DNA of 58,419 nucleotides, counting the filler, from Dimargaris cristalligena (taxonomy: Eukaryota): the NCBI GenBank assembly GCA_003614675.1. It is 5 parts of 5 records of this genome, joined end to end, with 100 filler letters (N's around TTAATTAATTAA, not from the genome) between each part and the next. Parts side by side here need not be neighbours in the genome. Positions count along the whole stretch, not along the records: positions 11,721 to 23,333 come from ML003100.1; positions 23,434 to 35,042 come from ML003101.1; 3 more parts are not named here. One strand, given 5' to 3'. Made by a program: the position numbers and the translations under genes. Under the pieces are notes generated by a model, which had not been told where the DNA came from, searched no databases, and saw nothing but the letters and a program-made list of their open reading frames with translations. Positions 11,721 to 24,058 of the stretch are shown piece by piece. Positions within the stretch are counted from its first letter, which is position 1; the number at the start of each line of letters is the position of its first letter.

Positions 11721-13193
11721 TCCAAGGAGGAATCCACCAGAGGCTAGTTATTCCTAAGCCCCACTCATAAAGGATCATCAATAGTATAAAAGTAGTGATA
11801 TGAAGTGGTCAATTGTCATAGTTTTAAAATCACTATTGATTTTGATGACCTATAACTTCGTCAATAGTAGACGGAAAAGTAAATGAAAATATGATTTAGA
11901 AAGCTGAACAAAAAGATAATCAGTTAGCATAAAGAAATAAAATAACACTCACAGCCCTGGACTGTTCCCATGGAAATAACTCATCAATTATCCGGGAGAC
12001 CTTGAATCCATCCAAAGTTTGCCTACTTCTTGGATTAGTAATGTGTAGTGGGGCTTACACAGCCTCTACCCAACTGCCCACGGCAGCACATTAGACACCA
12101 ATATTAGCCAACCGGCCTTATGGTCCTTATTTTTGAAAATATAAGTGGGTGGCATTCTGGCTTGGTTTAATCAGAATAGTGCCCCTATTCACCCTAGATT
12201 CATGTGTAACGGAAATATATTGTACCTCATATCCCCCTCCGGCCACATTGGCAAAGCTGGAAGAACATTTATGCAACATGAACACAGTCAGAGGGATGTT
12301 GCAATATTGGCAGCCAATTTTCTTTTTAAAATGGGCCAAGGTGAGGGGCAAGTATCCCAATATGTTTCTTATACATGTTATTACCAAAATTTTGTAGGTA
12401 GTATAAAAGCCCAACCAAACTCTGGCCATGCAATGTAGTCAAGTAGGTGAGAAGCTCCCTGACCTACATACCTACAGACAAACTGACAGGGAATTATCAG
12501 GCACTGTGGCACTGCTTCAACAGCCGTCTGTATCCACATCTGCGCCCCCTTCCTCCCTTTCCGGTTCCCGACCCCGTTTCCGTTCTCTCTCCATCCCCTT
12601 ATATCTATTCACTAATTTTGGGCCCTGCAGAATTCGACCATAATTTTGTGCAACGAGTGCCACTCTGAAACATGATTATGATTTTTAGTCAAAAAGGAGG
12701 GTTTCATAGAAGCCGATGTAATAGTTTAACCGTTGCACACCCGACCATATGTAAATTCATTTAAGTACAACCTAATTTGAATGGGGATTAGACTACTGCG
12801 CTTTTAAGAAAATTTTATCGCGCTATCCCTTCGGCCAATGTGGTACCACTATAGACAAGGCCTGCCCCCATTTGGTCACAATATGGGTCGGCCTTCGGTT
12901 GACCCTAGTGACCATTCCAATCCCCTGTGAGTGTGTCTTCACCCTGTCGCTTCGAATAATATATAGGAACCATCGATTTCCGCCCTATATCCCTTACCTT
13001 CATCATCCACTCTCTTACTGCTGTAGTATCTTCAGAGCGGATTAGCTGCCTTTTTAGTTCAACCACACGCTTTCATATTCCTCTTCAGTATACCTCTCCG
13101 ATATTACCGACCAGTTTCAATTGGTTGCTCACTTGTTTTCCTTTCAACGATAATTTAGTTCGGCTATTTTACCGCTGCCAGCTTTTTGTCACG

Positions 13194-15269
13194 ATGAAGT
13201 CTTCGTTCCTCTCTGTATCCGTAGTTGGCATGGCCCTCGCCAACTTCACTTTTGGTCTTCCCCATGGGATTGGGTCCGTGGTTACTGTTGCGAATGGTGA
13301 ACCCGGCCCCCACCTCTTTCGTCGTGCACAAGTAAGTCATCATGGCATCATTAGTGCGGTTTGCACCACTGCCCTTCGGCCACCCTATCGTTGGTCGTAA
13401 TTCAAATATCACCAGCTTATATAGCCCTATTTGCCTTGTTGTGCATTTGAGCTATAATGTCCTTCTCTTGTATCGGACAGTATAAATTAATTATTTTAAA
13501 TATGCGGAAACGCACTTTACACTTTTGATGTATTTAAAATCGATGCATTTTAGGGCCAGAAACGTCAAGCTACTAACGATACATCCGACTACAGCCAGAA
13601 TCAGTCCGCAAGCACCAGTCAGGTCAGCCTAAATAACATCCGGCGTATGCAGGAAGCGGTAAGCCAAATGGAAAGCGCGAAGGATCTAATGGATATGATG
13701 AAAACGGAGGCCGACTTCTCGTTCTTTTTAGCCACCACTTATTTACCCAATCTGAATCAACATTCGGATATTGCCGAAAAATCTCAACTGGACCCGACCC
13801 TCAGCGGCCTACGTACCAACTACATCGAACTAGAGGATTGGGCCGAAAACTTTGGTCAGGTGCGCACTGATGATATGGATGCTGACGCCTTCCATACACT
13901 GTTCCCCTTGGTCGCCCAAATACTTGACGATGGCCCAAGCGCCATTTCAATGTTGGATGCCCTTCCCATGAGTGCGAGCACCCCTGGCTTTCGGAGCGAT
14001 TATTACACCGTAGCCAGCGAGTTCCCTGGCCTGGCCCAGACTATTCTGCCCGAGAATTTGGCACAACACACCCTCAGTCACATGTCCAATTTGGCGAAGG
14101 GTCATTTGGCGGCCCACTACGTTAGCAACGATAATGTGGAAGGGCTTATACAAATTATCCGTTCCTGGGCCCCTAACGATCATCAAACGACTCCCGCTGC
14201 TCCACCTATTGCTGTAGCCGCGTATTCCGATAAACTGGATGATATGCCGGATTTGATTGACTCCATGGCCGATGAAGACGATTCTATGGATGAAGAGGAC
14301 GAGATTATTAATGACCCAAACCGTCGCCGCCAATTCAACCCTAGAGATGATTCCCCTCTAGACAACAGCGGACGTCAAGACCTTCAAAATAACAAAAACC
14401 GACTGCTCATTGCGACCCTTTATCTATGGGCCTTGGAGCATCAGGTTTCAGGATATGACCGGCTTCTTGCCGAGTTTGGCAATCCCTTCCGTTACAGCGA
14501 TATTCCGTGTTTCTTGGCATTTGATTACGTTACTGCCTTAGACACGTTGGAAATTGAGTACTCGGATCGATCGCTACTTCTCAACCCTAATAGTCAATTC
14601 AAATGTTACCAGAGCTTCTCTTTCCAAGGATATGTGACCATGGCTCCCAGTGGCGTAACGGACGATAAGGAAATTCATGTTCGCTATAACCGTAAACTCA
14701 ATCCCCAAGTGACAGCGGCCCCGGATAATGATAACCAAATTCTCGATAAGATTATCGGCGATCTGAGAACTCTCACGACCCTTTCATCCGACCCACAAGT
14801 CCAGAATGTAATCAAGGACCGTATGTTTACTATTTATACATGGGCCATATCCCTCCATAGCTCCATTAAGTTTACGAATAGTTATGCCTCTTTGAGGCCT
14901 ACCAAACCTAGTCAACGGATCATCCTCGATAACCCTGGTCTTACCTCTACTGTCCCTGAAACTCTGCTCCCGAAAAGTGTAGATGTAATCAAAGTGATTA
15001 GGGATTTGGTGAATTATATCGAAGGAATGGATTCCAGTCACGCGCATTGGGGTGGTGGAGCAGATACCACTATGGCCGATGTCATTGAAATCGGTGCCTC
15101 TACAGCCAACACTGTAGTGGGTAACATCCCAGAAACTAGTAGCATTGAAAAAGCTGAGGATACCATCATGACTCTTAGCAGAGGTATGCAACTACTCCTC
15201 GAAAAGCACTCCTTCAGTACCTTTATCGGGTGGGGACTGAAGGGAATTCGTGATTATACGAGTGGCTAA
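13194..15269 (+). CDS. Orphan secreted prepro-protein (~617 aa); exons 13194..13331 and 13554..15269
   Basis: Signal peptide MKSSFLSVSVVGMALANFTFG, pro-region ending HLFRR. CAA|GTAAGT donor at 13332 and TTTTAG acceptor at 13553 join in phase 0, open into the 540-aa ORF. AT-rich TATA-like AATATATA at about 12958. Confidence 0.82.
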
Positions 15270-16734
15270 ATATGGCTGCCCTATGAGTTGGAAAAATTAG
15301 TACGAATACTTATATAAGGCAACTTATTTGGCATTTGGATTGTTCAATTCATTTTTCTTGGTTTTTACATTTATATGATTCTATTTGACTATTGTTTTAA
15401 TAAATAAATATATTTATATATTACTAGGCTAATGTAAAAGGTTGAGTTATATGGTGTAAAAGGCTTTGCTGCATTTAAGTGACCAGTTGATGTTTATTCT
15501 TTTCATTTTTACATTACGTTCTCAAGTCGTAGTTCTATTTCATCAGTGTAGTGTGTTGGGCTGGCTTATCCGACCTAATAGGGTCTAGGTGTCTCTACAC
15601 CACCCATCTACATTAGACTGTATTGTACCACATTGCCTATCTGTGGCAACGATTAGTATCATGGTGGTCTCCTATCCCCCCTGCTCACTTCTGTCAGATT
15701 TCATACCATATACTCAAGTATAGATCTGAAATCTCCTCCGTTCCCATCAAAGTCATCCAAATACTAATAGATTACAGCCAGCCTCTTTAGTATTACTTTC
15801 CAGACAACCCCACAGCACCGTCTGGGCATATAAATAACCTACCCAGGTTTTGACCTATTAGTTCCTTCACTTATACTCCCTTCTCACCTATCTAATAAAC
15901 CCTTATACACCCACCATATCGATAGTAAGTCTACATCTGGTAATATTCATTATTACCCTTATATTGTTTATCCCCCCCGTACCCGGCAAGTAGGGGTGTT
16001 GTTTAAGGGTACTCCTAACATTGGACCTGGTAGAGGCCTACTTGCGTGGACACTTAGGTGAATTAAGAGTAGCGAACCACCACGGCAGGAAAATACACAA
16101 AGTAAATAAAAAAGGCCATTAGAAACCCCCCATAAGGAAATTCTCCAGTTCAAATAGTTTGGCGCATGAAGAATATCTGGATTACAAACCGACCCTCTCT
16201 TATACCATTACTTCCCCCCTTTACACAGCAACTAGAGCTCGAATTAACCAATACCCGCACCTATTTGTACCCAGCATCCGGCCATTATACTGCCCTCTCG
16301 ATTCTCTTTGGAGGAATTAATAAAACGGGGGTATTTGTGGGTCGACGATTAATATTATATATATATGTATATATATTTGAAAAATACAAGTTAAAGTACA
16401 AATGCGAGGCTGACGATTAGGCGAATAATTTCGCCTCGGGTGTCTAAAAAAGCGACAGTCAGAATTAGTGAGGGATAAAGGGATAATGTATGTATGGGCG
16501 GTTGAGGTAAGAGATGCCAGTCAGTAGGTGTACCAGTAAATTGCCCACAGGAAGGTCGTATTATATTAACGCAGATTCGATAGACGCTGCGTATTGCGTG
16601 TCCCTGTCAACTTAAACATCTAAATCTCGACGCTATGGTATTGAATCGAACCTGTCAGGAGGTGGCGAAGGGATAAGCCACCGGTCATCTGATCCAGGCC
16701 CTCGCCCACGAGATTTTTACCGAAATTGCACATA

Positions 16735-18303
16735 TTAGTTGGAGGCGGTGGCAGTGGCTGATCCAGGAACCATAGGGGCAGCTGCTTGGATAGTACCGAA
16801 TTTCCGAGGGCCATTTGCCGGGGTCAAGAGGGACTCTGGGCCCATATCCTCCTCGTAGTGACCATTGTTTTCGGCGAATTCGATTTGTTCGTGTTGGTTT
16901 CCTAACTTAGGAATATGGACGTAAACATCGGTGCCGAACTCATCCATGGTATGGATTTCGATACGACCACCCCAATAGTTAGCGTAGACCCGGGACATGG
17001 GTAGCCCGATGCCGAAATGGAGGAGGGGGGATTCGCGCCCAATGGCGTCGGTAACTTTGGCGGCCATTTGGGACACCTGGTGGAAATTAGAGAATTGCTG
17101 GCGTTTGCCGTGGCCATAGGCCCAGATATGCTGCCAGGCGTGTTCGGGAATTCCGCCCCCCTGGTCGGAGACCCGGAAAACGAGAGTGGTGGGCCCTTCA
17201 CAGATAGTGACATGGATAGGCGGGTAGGGGTTCGTGGGTGGAGCGCTAGCGGTTTGATTGTCGGACTTTACCGATGGGCGGGCTAGGTTATGATGCGTGG
17301 GACGCTCCATGACCGCCCGCATGGCGTTTTTGATAATCTCGTAGAGGATGTATTCAATGTGATCGGGGATATAGGTGAAGCGTGCGCTAAAGGCCCCGTC
17401 GACCAGCACCTCGGGGGTGTGACGGGTCCGGTACACCATGCGAAACACACTTCGACACTGAGCACCGCAGCGCTCCACGATATTGAGTGCGTTACAGTCG
17501 GTGTGCACGATACCGACAGCGGGGGACGATTCCGGGGACAGCGTGTTGCTCCGTTCCGAATCATAATCAGTGGCGAAGGGGGAATCGAAGCTAGGATCGC
17601 CGAACGGTGGGGTCCACGGAGCCCGGACGGAGCGGTTTAAGTGATCAGAGGGGGTGGTGGAACTCCATCGCTCGCTTAACCCATTCACCAGCTCATAATG
17701 ATTGGTCAGGGCAATATGCTGCTCCGCCAGCGTGCGGCGGGAGATACGGGAACGCAGTACAACGTTCATGAAGCGGTCAATGGCAGCCGGTGACATGTGA
17801 TCGACACATTCATTGATACCGACGGCCAGTTTGGGGATGATGACCAAATGGTCGTTCAATTTTTCGCGTAACTGGTCGGTGAAACGGTGGTTCAGTTCAA
17901 GAGAGTCAATGGGCGGCAAGCGGCGGAAGAACTCAAAGGCCTCCCAATATAGGTCGTACACCTGTTCGAGGTAGGGGTTCGTACCTACAATAAAGGGAAG
18001 ATGCTGGAAATCGCGGATGCGGCGGGCCAACCGCACAGGCAATTCGGAGCGGATGTAATTAGCGCTGAGCAGTAGGCGCTCTTCTGTGACGTGTCGGCCG
18101 AATACAACCAGTTGGCGCAGGGTTATCTTCTTGACGGGCTGGGACAAGTAATGGTCCAGAACGCGATTCTGGTAGAACTGGGGATGGTTCCAGCGCCGGC
18201 CGGAAAGCATTGGGAATGTGAGTCTAGGCGGTGGGCGGGTGGACCAAGCGGCCGCACGGCGGGACAGCAAGCCGAAGGGCACGGTGACGGATCGGGCGAA
18301 CAT
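16735..18303 (-). CDS. Mitochondrial alpha-ketoacid dehydrogenase kinase (PDK/BCKDK family), 522 aa
   Basis: Arg-rich presequence from ATG at 18303 (MFARSVTVPF...). BCDHK_Adom3 motifs ELPVRLARRI and SRISRRTLAEQHIAL. GHKL boxes EIIKNAMRA, DQGGGIP and FGIGLPMSRVYA. Confidence 0.93.
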   Translation of the reverse strand: MFARSVTVPFGLLSRRAAAWSTRPPPRLTFPMLSGRRWNHPQFYQNRVLDHYLSQPVKKITLRQLVVFGRHVTEERLLLSANYIRSELPVRLARRIRDFQHLPFIVGTNPYLEQVYDLYWEAFEFFRRLPPIDSLELNHRFTDQLREKLNDHLVIIPKLAVGINECVDHMSPAAIDRFMNVVLRSRISRRTLAEQHIALTNHYELVNGLSERWSSTTPSDHLNRSVRAPWTPPFGDPSFDSPFATDYDSERSNTLSPESSPAVGIVHTDCNALNIVERCGAQCRSVFRMVYRTRHTPEVLVDGAFSARFTYIPDHIEYILYEIIKNAMRAVMERPTHHNLARPSVKSDNQTASAPPTNPYPPIHVTICEGPTTLVFRVSDQGGGIPEHAWQHIWAYGHGKRQQFSNFHQVSQMAAKVTDAIGRESPLLHFGIGLPMSRVYANYWGGRIEIHTMDEFGTDVYVHIPKLGNQHEQIEFAENNGHYEEDMGPESLLTPANGPRKFGTIQAAAPMVPGSATATASN

Positions 18304-19832
18304 GGTAGGGTTCCTAGTAAGGGGGAGGAGGGGCCAGCAGTACGGCTGTACGGAGTAGGGTGATGGAGGACTTATCCGGGAATAGACGAACAAGGTTGCC
18401 AGCAAACCTGAGAAATGTGGACCAAGGTAATGGTTAACTATAAATGACTGGGTGGAATCGGTTGGGCGTGAATTTCGAGGCTCCGTTTATAAAAGAGGGG
18501 GATATAGTAAGGGAAAAGAGAAGGCTGGCAACATGGGGGGGGGGCTCTCCTGGACTTCCCTTAGGGCAATCGATAATGCGCCTTTGGTGACTCAATATAT
18601 CTCACCTGCCCAGCCAGCGGTGCTTCAGAAGATATTCCCTATCAAGTTCCGTGGGTGTGGCAACCGGAAGAGATACGCCGCCATGGTGGTGTCCTTATTT
18701 TGGCCCAGCCCGTCTACTAGGGATATCTCCCATGCAAGTAAGCCACACTAATACCTGCAACCCATGCCAGGGAAAACCTCCCCACCCGATTCGGCCTATG
18801 GCGGAGACGGGTTCGGAATAAATGTAGCCCATTTAAATAATAATCCACCACCTCTGTTATTCAATAGGAGCTAACCCGAGGTATTCATCCCTATGCTTTT
18901 TAACCTATATATACGTACATGCCGCTAATTTATTCCCCGATCACGCATCCGCACAAATTAACCATGCAACGAGGTCCTATATCAGGGCCCACAAGTCATT
19001 GTGGGTGGCCAAAGACACGGCACGTATACAACACCTCCAGCCATTAAAGAGTGCTGGACGAATGCGAAGAAGCTGCCCTGGGTGGGGACGTTACAGAAAA
19101 TGTCTTTCGGTCGAAACTGGCTTCTTTGCACGATACTCCTGCTAAACCTCCCCCATTTAGGTTGATGTCCCGACAATTCAACCAAGTACTGCCACGGTTT
19201 ACTAGTTATAACCTCAAATGTGCTTTCCTTCTGCCTATAGCATAATAGACACCTGTTTCTCTGTGCCTTATTCATCCCTTGGATTCGTCTACTTTAGGAA
19301 GTCGCCGGCTGTTGGAATTGATTATTATGCCATTTAATACAGAAATCTTTCAATTAACCCTCCACAGCTGACCGGCTTTGCTACATTTCCCGAATTCATT
19401 GCTCTTGGCCATGGGACATACACGCATTTTAATGTTATTCCATAAATGTAATAGCTACCCAATACCCTGCTTGCCACGATTTCCACACTGCCAGGGACTA
19501 CCAGGAAGGGGGAAATGGACTGGAAATCCGGACCAGCCAACGGGTGAGCTGGCTTCGCTCTTCTGTGTTTCAGCCCTAATGTGACTAGCCGTGACCTCTC
19601 CCATTATCATAATAGACAGCTACGAAAAACAATTTGAAGAAAATGAAAAAATAAAATCAACAGTGTACCAGAAACCTATGCGACAATTGGCGGTTAGTTC
19701 AATTACAACCTAGCCTTTAACCTTATATATTATTTTATTCAAACCCCGCCAATCTCAAATTCCCTTTCTCCATGTACACTACCAATTGACTAACTATTAC
19801 ACCAACTTATATTGTGAGGCCCTAAAGATCCC

Positions 19833-22334
19833 ATGCCACCCAAGTCACTAGCCCAGCCTTCTTCCATTTCTCCTTCCAATCGGTCCAATCGCGGTACCGC
19901 CGAACTTCCCGTTACATCGCCCGCCATTTCGACTCCCCCCGACGCAGCCGATGCCGCAGTCATCGATAAAGAATCCCAGGGATTCACTTTTAATCCTGAT
20001 CGGACTCCCAGCAAGCGGCGCTCCTCCGCTTTAATTGACATCATTCCACACGTATCCCCCACCAAAATAAGTTCTAGCAATGGAGAGGTGACACCACACC
20101 ATTCAAAGCGGGTTAAAACCGAGCCGACTACACCAATCATTGAAATCGATAGCAGCGACGACATGATTGAAGTTGCACATGTCAGCCACTCTGTGGATCG
20201 GGTGAAACTCAAAGGCCTCTCGGATGATGGTTTTATTTCCCATCTATTTAGGCGCCCTCGACCGCCAACCAAGGCAGGTCATGCCCCCAAACGGGAAGAG
20301 CCGACGGCCACTGAAACGCCGAGCCTACAAAGTCCGGGGGCAGGGCCCCAAACACGATTTTACCGCACTTCCCATTGTCCCGTATGCGAACAGCTTTTCG
20401 CACTGACAAATTCAGATACTATGAACCAAGAACATGTTAATCAATGTTTGGATATTGCCATCGCCTGTGGTGATCCGCCTGTCACCACGGATGCCGAGAT
20501 AAACGATAGAATGGTATGCGACTTGCCCCTACCAACTTCTTTTACCAGTAGGCCGACCGTGACTCAGCCGTCCCCAACGTCAGCCAGTGTCCACCCACCA
20601 GCATACAACTACAGTACCATCGTCGACTACACTCTTAACTTGGATATCGTCCATTCCGAAATCCCTACTAAGTTCAGCCGGGCCCCGCGAACGTGTCCTT
20701 TTTACAAACGTATGCCGCACTCCAATTTCGCGATAGATGCCTTCAGCTACGGCCGTATCCCCGACTGCACCGGCTATTTCCTGACCCATTTTCACGCCGA
20801 CCACTATGGTGGGTTAACCTCGACCTTCAATCACGGCCCCATATATTGCTCGGCTGTGACAGCCAATTTAGTTATCCATAAGCTTGGGGTAAATAGCCAG
20901 TGGGTACGGGTTCTGCCATTGAATCAGCCCGTTCTGATTGGCGAGGCTCGCGTTACCTTATTCGAAGCCAACCATTGCCCCGGCTCGGTGCTGTTCTTCT
21001 TTGACATCCCTTTACCGAGTCCCGCTACCGCTGCCCGCTCTTTTAAGATCCTTCACACAGGTGATTTTCGCGCTTGCCCTGCCCAGTGTTTAAATCCCTA
21101 CATCAAAGATACTCAGCTTGACGCGCTCTATCTGGATACCACCTACTTAGACCCAACATACGCCTTCCCGCCGCAGCGGGAGGTCATTGAAGCTGTCGCT
21201 CACTGGTGCCAACAACTACAGCACAACACTTCTTTCCGCACAGCAACGTTTACTGGTTCCAACCAGCCTAGAACGGGCCGATCTCACGCCGCCACTTCCA
21301 TGTTGCGCCTGGACACTTGGTTTAAATCCAACAACACATCCACAGCCATGGACGTAGTTCAAGCACCCCCACCCACCGTGAAAAGCCCCGCGTCCGTCTC
21401 CACTGGCCTCCCACGCCAGTCCACCTTAGGTACCCTATTTAACGGTACCATGATATCGTTCACCAAGGCTCCCAAACACCGCTTGGACGACCGTCTTCTG
21501 TTTGTGGTGGGAACTTATACTATTGGCAAGGAACGCATTTTCGCTAGCATTGCCGAAGCCCTCGATAGTAAGGTGTACGTTGACTATCCCAAGAAACGAA
21601 TTTTGCGGTGTCTAGAGGACCCGGCCCTATGGGCCCGGTTAACCGACCGGGCCGCGGACGCTCAGGTCCATGTGACGGCTATGAATCGAATCACCAAACT
21701 GCACATGGAAGCGTACTTACGGGAAAACCCGGCCTTTACCCACCTAGCAGCTATTAAGCCAACGGGTTGGACTTTTGCATGCCGGGGACTGCCCCGCCGT
21801 CGGAGTGATGACAGGACCGGAATCGGGATTGGGAGCCGGGCAAGTAACGGCGATCTATCGGCAAAATCTACTCCAACGAATGGTCCTCCTTTAAAAGTAT
21901 CGTTGATAACCGAATTTATGGCCCCCCAGAAAGCTTTAGCCAGTACCGGGGACAATTCCCCGCTAGGTCACACGGCCGGGACCGGATTACCTTTGGGCGC
22001 CCATGGTAATGTTTCGGGGAACTCGGGTCATGGCGAACTGCAACCCCCCATTGATATCATACCGCCCGCTGGCGAAGCGTTCACTATGGAGCACCCGACC
22101 CCCATCAGCCGCAGCTCGAACCTACTGATCATGGGGGTACCTTATTCAGAACATTCCAGCTTCCGTGAATTGGCCGCCTTTGTTTTGAGTATACAGGTTA
22201 AGCAGATTATTCCTACTGTCAATGTGGGAGATCCGGCCCGGCGGGAGGAAATGCGGGTTTGGCTAGATAAGTGGCAGGCCTATAAGAAGCACTCTGGAGT
22301 GCAGCGAATACCAGTCCGTCAGGACTACTGGTGA
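19833..22334 (+). CDS. PSO2: DNA cross-link repair nuclease PSO2/SNM1 (DCLRE1A family; UBZ-type zinc finger, metallo-beta-lactamase, beta-CASP), 833 aa
   Basis: CPVC...HVNQCLD zinc finger; FLTHFHADHYGGL, EANHCPGS, LHTGDFR, LYLDTTYLDP, GTYTIGKERIF and VPYSEHSSFREL motifs. Confidence 0.95.
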   Translation: MPPKSLAQPSSISPSNRSNRGTAELPVTSPAISTPPDAADAAVIDKESQGFTFNPDRTPSKRRSSALIDIIPHVSPTKISSSNGEVTPHHSKRVKTEPTTPIIEIDSSDDMIEVAHVSHSVDRVKLKGLSDDGFISHLFRRPRPPTKAGHAPKREEPTATETPSLQSPGAGPQTRFYRTSHCPVCEQLFALTNSDTMNQEHVNQCLDIAIACGDPPVTTDAEINDRMVCDLPLPTSFTSRPTVTQPSPTSASVHPPAYNYSTIVDYTLNLDIVHSEIPTKFSRAPRTCPFYKRMPHSNFAIDAFSYGRIPDCTGYFLTHFHADHYGGLTSTFNHGPIYCSAVTANLVIHKLGVNSQWVRVLPLNQPVLIGEARVTLFEANHCPGSVLFFFDIPLPSPATAARSFKILHTGDFRACPAQCLNPYIKDTQLDALYLDTTYLDPTYAFPPQREVIEAVAHWCQQLQHNTSFRTATFTGSNQPRTGRSHAATSMLRLDTWFKSNNTSTAMDVVQAPPPTVKSPASVSTGLPRQSTLGTLFNGTMISFTKAPKHRLDDRLLFVVGTYTIGKERIFASIAEALDSKVYVDYPKKRILRCLEDPALWARLTDRAADAQVHVTAMNRITKLHMEAYLRENPAFTHLAAIKPTGWTFACRGLPRRRSDDRTGIGIGSRASNGDLSAKSTPTNGPPLKVSLITEFMAPQKALASTGDNSPLGHTAGTGLPLGAHGNVSGNSGHGELQPPIDIIPPAGEAFTMEHPTPISRSSNLLIMGVPYSEHSSFRELAAFVLSIQVKQIIPTVNVGDPARREEMRVWLDKWQAYKKHSGVQRIPVRQDYW

Positions 22335-23333
22335 CATAATATGAGTATCGAGGTTTAAACTCATTTTTATTCTGTTGTGGCAGCTTCTTCTATATGAAAC
22401 TAGTTCAAACACCCCCCTTGTGAATGTAAACTTACTATATATATATTAATTCCGAATCATCTAACTGAAGCGCATTTTGAAGAAAATATAGGGTGGGTTA
22501 GGTCGACTGGATTAAGAGGTGGGGTATTGATAATCTTGTCAATGAATGGGCCCAGCAATCAACTCTTTGAACTGGGCCTACGAATAGTGTGGTAGTAGAA
22601 CAGGACACAATGGATACGCATCATAAAAAATATTGAAATGCCAGGCAGTCGGTAAAACTAGGATGTTACTTAATATATAGGTAAGGCACTACAGGACAAA
22701 CTTGTAAGTACGTTAGATATAACCGCAAAGAAGAGAACAACAACTGCCTAGTTGATTTTAAAATAGACGGATATCTAAATGGCAATCTATATCGGAAAAT
22801 TGAGTATGAGATATAATTATGGATATAACCTCGATGTCTGTTAGAAATCAAAAATACTTACATCGCAGTATGCTATACTCACTTTGCGGAATATGAAAAA
22901 CTGTATAACTAATGGGCCATAAAGAGAGTGCCTGGAATAAGATATTTATTTACAAAAGTTATAAACTGGTAAGACAGCCTAGGATAATATCACTTAATAA
23001 AAATTTAAGCATAGTACAGAAAAATTGAAGGAATAAAAACATGTGTACAGGTACTCAGCCATTAGGCTGGCTGACCTAATCGATCAGATAGTGAAATAGA
23101 ACTAATAAAGATAGGACCCAACAATTCAATGGAATGTGCGGTCTAGAAAGACATGTTGGATACAAGGGTGTAGGATTGCAGAAACCCTTCGAAATACAGG
23201 GTTCCCCACTAGGAAAATTAGTTGGGATCAGAAACCACTGGAATTAAATCCGACCATTAGCAGAAGTGGTGCGGCGGTTGAATACTTGGCCACAAGGCCC
23301 GCTCAGACAGCCGGTACCGCAGTGGGCATTGGT

Positions 23334-23433
23334 NNNNNNNNNNNNNNNNNNNNNNNNNNNNNNNNNNNNNNNNNNNNTTAATTAATTAANNNNNNNNNNN
23401 NNNNNNNNNNNNNNNNNNNNNNNNNNNNNNNNN
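23334..23433. other. Artificial contig spacer (N44-TTAATTAATTAA-N44)
   Basis: Same 100-bp spacer as at 11621. Confidence 0.98.
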
Positions 23434-24058
23434 ATAAATCGAAACAACAATACTGGTTATGTACAAATAAAAAGCGAGAAGGAAAGATCGAAAATAATTT
23501 TCTACAAATGGGTGAGAGTGTCCAACGTGGCTTGGATTAATATATGTAAGTATGTAACAAGGTGGCGACCAAATTAAACAGGGGAAAGAAAGCCAAAGGG
23601 GTTGTTGGAATGGCAGGAGGTTTAGAGCCAAGGCACTGCTATACCTCTACTTCAACTATGGGTAAACGTGGGGCCCGGGATTGGGGGGAAGCCAACGTGT
23701 GCACATAGAGAGAGAGGGCTCCTTAATGAGGAGCGGATTTCAGCGGAACTATGCCTGGTTGTTGGGGACTCAACCAAGCTAAAAATTAAATAGCAACGCC
23801 GGTCATCATAAGCCAGGGTGCCGATAAAGGGCCCCGGGGAATGATGCAAGGGCTTTTGTAGTCACTCCGTCGATAACGCTCTAAATAAAACTTAAAAATA
23901 ACGGATACCATTATCATATTACAAAACACGAATTTTTAAAAGACAAATCATATATCTACATACAAAGAATAACACTGGGCCTATTATATATCTGCTAACA
24001 TGGACCAAACCGGATGCATACCACCGTACCATCAGCATAGCGAAAAATAAAGCGCGGT

